Below the pieces are notes generated by a model, which worked only from the letters and a program-made list of their open reading frames with translations, ran no database searches and was not told the origin of the DNA. A stretch of DNA of 32,875 bases, taken from the NCBI GenBank assembly GCA_036782855.1, contig DAIPYF010000004.1, positions 1-32,875 on the forward strand, written 5' to 3'. The number at the start of each line of letters is the position of its first letter. Position 1 is the first letter of the stretch. Source of the DNA: Solirubrobacteraceae bacterium. GTDB lineage: Bacteria > Actinomycetota > Thermoleophilia > Solirubrobacterales > Solirubrobacteraceae. The position numbers and the translations under genes were made by a program. Below, one piece after another: positions 24,583 to 31,463 of the stretch.

Positions 24583-26064
24583 TCAGCCGCCGCGGCGCAG
24601 GAGCGCCGCGACCTGGCGCGCCGCGCGCTCGCCGCTCTCGACCGCGCCCTCCAGATAGCCCTGGGCGCGCGTGGACGTGTGCTCGCCGGCGAAGACGATC
24701 CGCCCGGCCGGCCGCTGGAGCAGGCCCCAGTACTTCGTGACCTGCCCCGGGCGGAAGGCGGCGTACGACCCGCCCGCCCAGCGGTCACGATCCCACGCGT
24801 CGAGCCATGCCTCGCCGGTGAGCGCTCCGCTGATGCCGGGCGCGACCCGCTCGAGCTCAGCGAGCGCGTCGCGCACGAGGCCCGGGGGCGCCGGGGCGTG
24901 GGGGGCGGCGGCCGGCAGCGCGCGCGCGGCGACCCCGCCGGTGAAGAGCGTGAGCAGTCCCTCACGGACCTGCGGGCGCTGCGCGAGGGAGCTGTCCCAC
25001 GTCTGCAGCGCCGGGTCGTCGGCGAGCAGGTTCCCCGACCAGTCGCCGAAGGCCGGAGGGCGCTCCTTCAGCCCGAGCAGGAGCTTCGCGTTCGTGCCCA
25101 TGCCGAGGTCGGCGATCATCCGCCGGTAGGGGTCCGGAAGGGCGACGCCGGACAGGTCGGCCTCGCGCAACGCCGGAAGTGGCTGTGCGAGCACGATGAC
25201 GTCCGCCTTGACCGGGTTGCGGTACCGGTCCATGAGCATCTCGAAGCGGCCCGTGGAGGTTCGCCGCAGCCCCTGCATGGCCGACCCGACGCGCAGGGCG
25301 CGCTCCGGCAGTCGCGCGGCCAGGATCCGCGGGATCTGGTCGTTGCCGCCGCGCACGTGGAAGCGTTCCTCGGCGCCGACGTCCGGGCCGGTGTAGGCCT
25401 GCACGAGCGCGATCGCGCTCAGGTCCTGCGGGTCGAGGCCGAAGGTCCCGGTCAGCTCGGCGCTGACGGCGCGCCCGAGGAGCGCGTCGCTGCCGCCCGG
25501 GACGTTGGCCTGCAGCCAGTCGCGGGCGGACCGCTCGTCGAGTGCGCGCGCCGGGGCGGTCGCCGTGCCCGCGCGGTAGCTGCCGATGCGCGCGGCCTCC
25601 GCCTCCAGGCGGGCGACCATCGCGGGGAAGCCCGCGGTGGCGGCCGCCTCGGTGCGGCGCCGGCCGTCCAGGACGACCGCGTCGCGCGCGTCCTCGCGGC
25701 GCTCTGCGGCGAGGCGGTCCTCGAGCTCGAGCCCCAGTTCCGCCGCGAGCGCGCGGATGCGGCGGTGATCGGTGTCGATGAGCTCGCCGCCGTGCTCGCC
25801 GACGAGGCCCGGCACGACCGTGCGGGTGGACCAGCAGCGGCCGCCGACGCGCTGCTGGGCCTCGAAGACGCGGGAGGCGATGCCCGCCTGACGCAGGCGA
25901 TGAGCGCAGGTGAGCCCGGCGAGGCCGGCGCCGACGACGACGACGCTCGGCGCGTCGGCGGTCTCGGCCGGCGATCCGCACGCGGCCAGCACGCCGCCGC
26001 CCGCGGCGACGCCGGCGAGCGTGGCGCCACGTCCCAGGGCCTCGCGCCGGGTGATCCGCTCCAT
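24583..26064 (-). CDS. Flavin-containing amine oxidase, predicted Tat-exported lipoprotein
   Basis: 493 aa. The N-terminus MERITRREALGRGATLAGVAAGGGVLAACGS carries a twin-Arg and the lipobox LAAC. The dinucleotide fold is VVVVGAGLAGLTCAHRL...FEAQQRVGGR. The C-terminal FAD motif is IVFAGEHTSTRAQGYLEGAVESG. Confidence 0.85.
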   Translation of the reverse strand: MERITRREALGRGATLAGVAAGGGVLAACGSPAETADAPSVVVVGAGLAGLTCAHRLRQAGIASRVFEAQQRVGGRCWSTRTVVPGLVGEHGGELIDTDHRRIRALAAELGLELEDRLAAERREDARDAVVLDGRRRTEAAATAGFPAMVARLEAEAARIGSYRAGTATAPARALDERSARDWLQANVPGGSDALLGRAVSAELTGTFGLDPQDLSAIALVQAYTGPDVGAEERFHVRGGNDQIPRILAARLPERALRVGSAMQGLRRTSTGRFEMLMDRYRNPVKADVIVLAQPLPALREADLSGVALPDPYRRMIADLGMGTNAKLLLGLKERPPAFGDWSGNLLADDPALQTWDSSLAQRPQVREGLLTLFTGGVAARALPAAAPHAPAPPGLVRDALAELERVAPGISGALTGEAWLDAWDRDRWAGGSYAAFRPGQVTKYWGLLQRPAGRIVFAGEHTSTRAQGYLEGAVESGERAARQVAALLRRGG

Positions 26065-26113
26065 CGCCGCGGGACGGTAGCGCGGCCTCGCCGGGAGCGC
26101 CCCGGCCTGCGCC

Positions 26114-26141
26114 TTGACACAAGTAAATACTTAGCTATACT
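26114..26141 (+). promoter_or_regulatory. Near-consensus promoter in an AT-rich island, with short direct and inverted repeats
   Basis: TTGACA (26114-26119), a 16-nt spacer, then TATACT (26136-26141). RBS AAAGGA lies at 26158-26163, before the ATG at 26169. ATACTTA occurs twice, 10 bp apart (26127-26133 and 26137-26143). AAGTA-aa-TACTT is an inverted repeat at 26121-26132. By manual count, 26114-26150 has 12 G+C in 37 nt. Confidence 0.6.
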
Positions 26142-26168
26142 TATTCCCGTACCGAAGAAAGGACACCC

Positions 26169-26417
26169 ATGTCATCCGAAGACATCACTCCCGAGCAGCA
26201 CCCCGCAGGTGAGACGCGGCAGGTCACGGTCGACGTGCCGGCGCATCGCGTCGCGCAGTTCGAGCGCTTCCACCAGCGGTTCCTGCAGATGGCCTCCCAT
26301 TGGGACGGCCAGGTCGGCAACGAGGACCTGCGCGGCCCACGTGGCCGGCGCGGACGCGGTCGCCACGGTGGCGGACGTTGCCGCGGCCGCCATCCCGGCG
26401 CGGAGCGCGCCGCCTGA
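26169..26417 (+). CDS. Small hypothetical protein (82 aa) with Arg/Gly-rich tail; N-terminal motif shared with the next gene
   Basis: It has a good promoter, RBS and ATG. The first ~55 codons have high third-position GC (MSSEDITPEQHPAGETRQVTVDVPAHRVAQFERFHQRFLQMASHWDGQVGNEDL). The last ~27 codons (RGPRGRRGRGRHGGGRCRGRH...) have weaker codon bias, so the 3' end and frame are uncertain. Confidence 0.45.
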   Translation: MSSEDITPEQHPAGETRQVTVDVPAHRVAQFERFHQRFLQMASHWDGQVGNEDLRGPRGRRGRGRHGGGRCRGRHPGAERAA

Positions 26418-26881
26418 TGGCCGACAAGCCCGTGACGGTCGAGGTCCCGGAGGACCGCGTGCCCGAGTTCTACCTCTGGTTCGCGGCCTTCCTGGCGGCG
26501 CCGGCGGGCCCCGTTCCGCCGCGCGGCGGCCCGCGCCGCGGCGGGCCGGGCCCGCCGTGGCGCCACCACGACCGGCGGGCCTGGGCCGCGGGCGACATCG
26601 ATGACGCCCGCTGGCTCTACGGCCGGCTGTCGGACCCCGCGCGTGAGCTGTTCGACCTGCTGATCGACACCCCCGGTGAGCGTCACTCGGGCAACGACGT
26701 CGCCACGCGGCTCGGGCTCGACAAGGGCGCGCACGGCCTTGCGGGCATCCTCGCGTGGCCGGGTCGCTGGTGCCGCAAGCTCGGCCTCGACTTCCCGATC
26801 ACGACGGCCGCCCGTGACGACGGCGGCACCGACTACCTCATGGAGCCGGAGATCGCGGAGCTGTTCGGCCGCGCCCGTTAG
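26417..26881 (+). CDS. Hypothetical protein (154 aa), N-terminal motif plus possible winged-helix-like C-terminal domain
   Basis: ATG 26417 overlaps the upstream stop (TGATG). Third-position GC is very high throughout. The sequence runs MADKPVTVEVPEDRVPEFYLWFAAFL, then a Pro/Gly/Arg linker, then ARWLYGRLSDPARELFDLLIDTPGERHSGNDVATRLGL...GLAGILAWPGRWCRKLG. The track start at 26300 adds only Arg-rich sequence. No family name recognised with certainty. Confidence 0.65.
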   Translation: MADKPVTVEVPEDRVPEFYLWFAAFLAAPAGPVPPRGGPRRGGPGPPWRHHDRRAWAAGDIDDARWLYGRLSDPARELFDLLIDTPGERHSGNDVATRLGLDKGAHGLAGILAWPGRWCRKLGLDFPITTAARDDGGTDYLMEPEIAELFGRAR

Positions 26882-27678
26882 GCCACGGCGATGGCGACGT
26901 GCGTCGCCATCGCCGCCGCCAGCCCGGTGTCGTCCTCGAACGGCGCGAGCGCCGGCAGCGCCGCCTCGCGCAGCTCGGCATCGCGTCCCGGCGGCATCGT
27001 CGCGAGCGCGAGCGCCAGCGGAGAGCCCTCGCTGAAGGACCGCACGAACTCGGCCGCCGACGCAAAGCGCGCGATGTACTCCACGCGCACCACCTCGACG
27101 GCCGCGAACCCCGCGCCCTCGAGCAGGCCCGCGAGCAGGTCGCCGTCGTCGAACGTGAACGGTGCGGCGCCGACGCCCGCCAGGTCCGGCTCGTGCGGGG
27201 CGATCGCCGCCATGTACGCCTGGTGCGCCGTCTGGTCGGTCAGCGCCGTCCAGCAGGCGACGAGCGCCCGGCCGCCCGGGGCCAGGACGCGCCGGAACTC
27301 CCGCGCGCCCGCCTCGCGGTCGGGGAGGAACTGGAAGCCCTGCTGACAGGTGAGGACGTCGAACGACGCGTCCTCGAACGGCATCGCGGTCGCGTCGCCC
27401 TCGATCCACTCGGCGCCCGTGTCGCCCGCCACCCGCGCGGCGACCGCGAGCATGCCCGGGGTCATGTCCAGACCGGTCAGCCGCGCCAGCGGGACGCCCG
27501 TGGCCGCCGCGGCGCGCGGCACGACGCCGGTCCCGCAGGCGACGTCGAGCAGACGGTCGCCCTCGCGCAGCCCGGCGCGGGCGATGAGGTCCGCGGCATA
27601 GAAGCCGAAGAACGCCGGCACCATCAGCTCTTCGTACACGGACGGGAAGTCGCCCGCGGCGCCCCATTGCATTCCCAT
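26878..27678 (-). CDS. Class I SAM-dependent methyltransferase (Methyltransf_11-like, small-molecule type)
   Basis: 266 aa. Motif I is RLLDVACGTGVV. The post-I acidic residue is in GLDMTPGML. Also present are FDVLTCQQGFQFLPD and VLAPGGRALVACW. Confidence 0.85.
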   Translation of the reverse strand: MGMQWGAAGDFPSVYEELMVPAFFGFYAADLIARAGLREGDRLLDVACGTGVVPRAAAATGVPLARLTGLDMTPGMLAVAARVAGDTGAEWIEGDATAMPFEDASFDVLTCQQGFQFLPDREAGAREFRRVLAPGGRALVACWTALTDQTAHQAYMAAIAPHEPDLAGVGAAPFTFDDGDLLAGLLEGAGFAAVEVVRVEYIARFASAAEFVRSFSEGSPLALALATMPPGRDAELREAALPALAPFEDDTGLAAAMATHVAIAVA

Positions 27679-27703
27679 GGGGCGATCCTACGGTTCGCGC
27701 GAG

Positions 27704-28732
27704 CTAGCTCGTCGCGGCGGGTGCATCGGTCGGCGCCGACGGCGCGATCGCGTCGGCGAGGTCGCCGGCCGGCCACGCCTGCCACGGAAAGGCGCGGCGC
27801 GCGTGCCGCAGCCGGTAGTGCAGCGCACCGTGGGCGTTCATGCCGTGCCACGCGGCGTGGGTCGTCAGCGACATCCTCGGGATCCAGTAGCGCTCGCCGA
27901 CCGGGTCCAGCGGCCGCGCGGGCAGCAGCTCGACGTCCGCGGCGACGTGGCCCTCGCCGTCCTCCAGCGAGAGCCGGGCGAGGACGCGGCCGTTGCGGTC
28001 GCACACCTGCGACTCGCCGACCATCACGGTGCGCCAGGGGATGCCGGGGCCCAGCGGCGTCTCGCCCGCGACCGGGCCGACGTGCGCGGCGTGCGCGACG
28101 GGCACGCCGGTGATGCGCGCCACCTGGCCGGGCAGCTCGCGGGCCTGGCGCCGCCAGGTCGCGTGCTCGCGCTCCGACCACCAGCGCAGGGGGCCGGGCC
28201 AGTTCAGGGGCATCGAGGGCCAGCACATCCCGCCGATGACGACCTGGGCGCCGCCGGCGCGCACGCGCGCGGCGGTGCGGTTGCGCGCCCACTCCCAGCC
28301 GGACATGAGGCCGACGGTCGCGCCGAGCGTCTCGCAGCGCACGACGCCGTCGTCATCGCCGCCGACGTAGTAGTTCTGCTCCCAGGCGGTCGGGATGTCC
28401 TTGTCGTGCAGGTGCACGGCGCCGTCGGGCTCGGCGAGCACGTAGGTGCCGTACGCGTCGCCGCCGCGCACGGCCAGGAAGCCGCCCGCGATCACGCAGT
28501 CGAGCTCGCGAGCGAGGCGGGTGAGCAGCTGGAACGGCTGTCCGTCGACCGGCCGCGCGGCCCCGCGCAGGATCTTCGCGTAGACATTCGGGCTCGTGCA
28601 CGCCTCCGGCACGACGACGACGTCGGCCCCGTGCTCGCGGTGGGCGTCGCGGACGAGGTCCTCGATGCGCGCGAGGTTGCGCTCGACCGCGCCGAGCTCG
28701 AGCGCGGGCTGCACGACGGCGATGCGGGTCAC
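27704..28732 (-). CDS. Carbon-nitrogen hydrolase (nitrilase superfamily) fold protein; nucleophile Cys apparently replaced
   Basis: Track ORF trimmed to GTG 28732, which overlaps the upstream TGA (GTGA). The sequence starts VTRIAVVQPALELGAVERNLARIEDLV...GADVVVVPEA (catalytic Glu block). HLHDKDIP is the Lys block. The expected G-x-x-I-C-[YW]-[DE] position reads GLMSGWEW. Confidence 0.78.
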   Translation of the reverse strand: MTRIAVVQPALELGAVERNLARIEDLVRDAHREHGADVVVVPEACTSPNVYAKILRGAARPVDGQPFQLLTRLARELDCVIAGGFLAVRGGDAYGTYVLAEPDGAVHLHDKDIPTAWEQNYYVGGDDDGVVRCETLGATVGLMSGWEWARNRTAARVRAGGAQVVIGGMCWPSMPLNWPGPLRWWSEREHATWRRQARELPGQVARITGVPVAHAAHVGPVAGETPLGPGIPWRTVMVGESQVCDRNGRVLARLSLEDGEGHVAADVELLPARPLDPVGERYWIPRMSLTTHAAWHGMNAHGALHYRLRHARRAFPWQAWPAGDLADAIAPSAPTDAPAATS

Positions 28733-30168
28733 GACGGCACCGCCGTCAGGTCGGGAGCGGTCGCCGTGGGGCGCGCCGTCCGCGGGACGGGCGGCGCCGG
28801 CCATTCCGCGCCGGGGTGGTCGGATCCGGCCACCGGCCGCGCGCTGCGGAAGCGGCCCGCGCGCGCCTCGGCGATGATCCCGAGCTCGGTGCGCAGGTCG
28901 GCGACGGCGCGCGCGACCGTCTCGCGCCGCGGGCGCTCGCCGCGTCGCAGCGCGGCCCCCGTCGCGCGGGCGAGCCGCGGGAGGGGCGCGATCTGCTGGG
29001 GCGTGCGGGCGCGCCCGAAGAGGTCGCTGAGATCCGGCTCGAGCGTGCGCCCGGCGTCGCGGACCAGTTCGCGGATCGTCGGCGACGGGCGCTCGACGCG
29101 CGTGTCGGAGTTCGCGAAGTGGTAGGCGGGCATGCACTCGCGGTCCCGGCGCGCCTCCCATGCCCGGGTCGCCAGGTCGACCGCGACCGGGTCGTCCAGG
29201 ACGGGCAGGACGCTCTCGGCCAGCGTGCGGCCGGCCCACAGGGCATCGCGCATGCCCTGGCCGGTGACGGGGTCCTTGAAGTGCCCGGCGTCGCCCGCGA
29301 GCGCCCAGCCGGGGCCGGACGACGCGCGGAAGAACGCGGGCGTCTCACCGGTCGAGCGCAGCTTCGAGCCGGGCGGGGCGCCGGCGACGCGGTCGGCGAG
29401 ACCCGGGTGCTCGCGGAGCTTGCGCGCCCAGTAGCCCTCCGGGTCGGCGCGCGCCTCGCGCACCTCGTCGCGGTGGCCCATGAAGAGGATGAGGATCCGC
29501 CCGGCCGGCGCGGTCGGAAAGGCGAACGCGATCGAGTCGCCCTCGCGCCACTGGTACTCGGTCTCGGCGTCGCGCGTGCCCGCGCGCGGGTCGTCCAGGT
29601 AGCGGAAGACGAGTCCCCGGCCGTTGCGCGACATCCGGTAGGGGGTCCACGAGCCGACGAGCGAGGACACCGTGGAGCGACGGCCGTCGGCGCCGACGAC
29701 GAGCGTCGCCTCGATCTCGCGCCGCTCGCCGTCCGCGTCGCGGTAGCGCACGCCGGCGACGCGACCGGCCCGCCACAGCACCTCGTCGACGGTGCAGCCC
29801 TCGCGGATGTCGGCGCCCTGCTCGCGGGCGGCCTCGACGAGCTGGACGTCCTGGAGGTCGCGGGGGATGCAGAGGCCGAAGTCGATCCCGTCGTCGGCCG
29901 GTCGCAGCCGCTCGACGCAGACGGCGCCGTCGGCCTCCAGCCGGACCCAGCGGACGAGCGACGGGTTCAGCGCGAGGATGCGCGGGAGCGCCCCGAGCTT
30001 GGCCAGCTCGCTCGCGCCGGCGGGCTGGAGGACGTGGGTCGAGAGCTGGTCGGAGGGGAAGCGCATGCGGTCGAGGACGACCACCCGGCGGCCCGCGCGT
30101 GCGAGCGGCGCGGCGGCCGCGGTGCCCGCACACCGCGCACCGACGATGACGACGTCAGCCTGCTCCAT
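28729..30168 (-). CDS. FAD-dependent monooxygenase / oxidoreductase (FAD_binding_3-type)
   Basis: Trimmed to ATG 30168, which is preceded by GGAGGAGAGGGAG. The N-terminus is MEQADVVIVGARCAGTAAAAPLARAGRRVVVLDR (GxGxxG-type fold). Also present are VVGADGRRS and GDAGHFKDPVTGQGM. No WxWxIP halogenase motif was seen. Confidence 0.85.
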   Translation of the reverse strand: MEQADVVIVGARCAGTAAAAPLARAGRRVVVLDRMRFPSDQLSTHVLQPAGASELAKLGALPRILALNPSLVRWVRLEADGAVCVERLRPADDGIDFGLCIPRDLQDVQLVEAAREQGADIREGCTVDEVLWRAGRVAGVRYRDADGERREIEATLVVGADGRRSTVSSLVGSWTPYRMSRNGRGLVFRYLDDPRAGTRDAETEYQWREGDSIAFAFPTAPAGRILILFMGHRDEVREARADPEGYWARKLREHPGLADRVAGAPPGSKLRSTGETPAFFRASSGPGWALAGDAGHFKDPVTGQGMRDALWAGRTLAESVLPVLDDPVAVDLATRAWEARRDRECMPAYHFANSDTRVERPSPTIRELVRDAGRTLEPDLSDLFGRARTPQQIAPLPRLARATGAALRRGERPRRETVARAVADLRTELGIIAEARAGRFRSARPVAGSDHPGAEWPAPPVPRTARPTATAPDLTAVPS

Positions 30169-30210
30169 CTCCGTCTCCCTCTCCTCCGGCCTCGGCGAAC
30201 GCGCGGCAGC

Positions 30211-30238
30211 TTGACGCATCCCGGGCGAAATGTACAGT
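30211..30238 (+). promoter_or_regulatory. Candidate promoter for the TetR gene in the divergent intergenic region
   Basis: TTGACG (30211-30216), a 16-nt spacer, then TACAGT (30233-30238). The -10 box lies downstream of the longest-ORF ATG (30230). If this promoter is real, translation starts further in, for example at GTG 30248. Confidence 0.35.
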
Positions 30239-30961
30239 GCTTCAGAAGTGAACCTTCTTGCAGAAAGCAATGCCACGCGCGGTGCGCGGCGGCGTGTGCG
30301 CACCCGCACCGCGATCCTCGACGCGGCCGAGCGCTCCTTCGCCGAGTCCGGCTACCGGCGCACGCGCATGGAGGACGTGGCCGCGCAGGCCGATGTCGCC
30401 GTCGGCTCGATCTACGCGCACTTCGGCAACAAGGACGGTCTCTACCACGCGCTCGCGGGGCGCGCCGTTGAGCTGTTCGGGCGCTATCTGCGCGAGGCCT
30501 ACCGCCCGGAATGGACGCCCCTGGAGCAGGTCGTCGCCTGCGGGGACGCCTACCTGCGCTTCCACGTGGAGCATCCCGGTGCCTTCCGGTTCCTGGCGTT
30601 CGAGGGCGTCGAGACCGACGCGCCGGTCGCCGACCCCGAGCTGCGCGCACGCGCCGCCGCGGGCGTCGACGCGCTGATCGCCGAGTTCGAGGGGAAGATC
30701 GCGGAGGCGGTCGCGGCCGGCGAGGCCCGTGCCGTGGATCCGCGCCTGGTCGGGCGCTTCCTGTGGGGCGCCTGGAACGGCGTCGTCGCGCTCGGGCTGC
30801 GCGGTGACGGGATCGCGCTCAGCGAGGACGACATCCAGGCGGCGCTGCAGCAGGCCCGTGACATCGTGCTCGCCGGTCTCTGCGCGCCCGCGGCACGGGA
30901 TGCCGACGGCGTCCCGCTGGCGCGGCTGCGCACGACGTCATCGCCGCCGGACGCCGCGTAG
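30230..30961 (+). CDS. TetR/AcrR-family transcriptional regulator
   Basis: RTRTAILDAAERSFAESGYRRTRMEDVAAQADVAVGSIYAHFGNKDGLY is a typical TetR N-terminal HTH. The gene is divergent from the monooxygenase operon. The true start may be GTG 30248 or GTG 30296. Confidence 0.85.
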   Translation: MYSASEVNLLAESNATRGARRRVRTRTAILDAAERSFAESGYRRTRMEDVAAQADVAVGSIYAHFGNKDGLYHALAGRAVELFGRYLREAYRPEWTPLEQVVACGDAYLRFHVEHPGAFRFLAFEGVETDAPVADPELRARAAAGVDALIAEFEGKIAEAVAAGEARAVDPRLVGRFLWGAWNGVVALGLRGDGIALSEDDIQAALQQARDIVLAGLCAPAARDADGVPLARLRTTSSPPDAA

Positions 30962-31106
30962 CCCCGCAGTCCGCGTTTGTCCGGGTGTACAAACGGCGCC
31001 GCGCCGTCTTGGACACCGGTCGAACGACCCGCGTGACCGCGGCGGCGATCCTCCCCCGGTCGTCCGGCCTGTCCCCAACGCGCCGGGCCTGAGGAGGAGG
31101 GTCACC

Positions 31107-31463
31107 ATGAAGCTCGTGATCGGCATCGTCCGTCCCGAGAAGACGAATGACGTGCTCGAAGCCCTGTACCGCGCCGAGGTGCGCGGGCTGACGATGACGC
31201 GCGTCCAGGGCCCCGGCGGCGAGCTCGACCGCGTCGAGACGTACCGCGGCACGACGGTCCGGATGGGCCTCGCCGAGAAGACGCGGATCGAGATCGCGGT
31301 CTCCGACGAGTTCGTCGACGCGACCGTCGACGCGCTCTGCGCCGGGGCCCGCACCGGCGAGGTCGGCGACGGCAAGATCTTCGTGGTCCCGCTCGACCGC
31401 GTCGTCCGCATCCGCACCGGCGACCAGGACGCCGGCGCGGTGACGCCGGTGGACGCCGCATGA
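31107..31463 (+). CDS. glnK: P-II nitrogen regulatory protein (GlnK/GlnB family) with divergent T-loop
   Basis: 118 aa. MKLVIGIVRPEKTNDVLEALYRAEVRGLTMTRVQG...ETYRG...RIEIAVSDEFVDATVDALCAGARTGEVGDGKIFVVPLDRVVRIRTG. RBS GAGGAGGAGG lies upstream. Its TGA overlaps the amt ATG (ATGA). Confidence 0.9.
   Translation: MKLVIGIVRPEKTNDVLEALYRAEVRGLTMTRVQGPGGELDRVETYRGTTVRMGLAEKTRIEIAVSDEFVDATVDALCAGARTGEVGDGKIFVVPLDRVVRIRTGDQDAGAVTPVDAA

Noticed and set aside
26172-26393. Antisense ORF 26172..26393 (MAAAATSATVATASAP...) with high third-position GC
   Set aside because: Its third codon positions coincide with the first positions of Arg/Gly codons on the sense strand, so the bias is a mirror artefact. 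It has no promoter or RBS, and it opposes a gene with a near-consensus promoter.
26300-26416. The longer version of the second cassette gene starting at 26300
   Set aside because: The extra 39 codons are Arg/Pro-rich (MGRPGRQRGPARPTWPARTRS...) with poor codon bias and overlap ORF1. The ATG at 26417 forms a TGATG junction with ORF1.
30974-30995. The palindrome upstream of glnK as a named nitrogen-regulator box (NtcA GTA-N8-TAC, actinobacterial GlnR gTnAc-n6-GaAAc, AmtR)
   Set aside because: The spacing and half-sites do not fit any of these consensus sequences when checked base by base. It is kept only as an unnamed candidate site.
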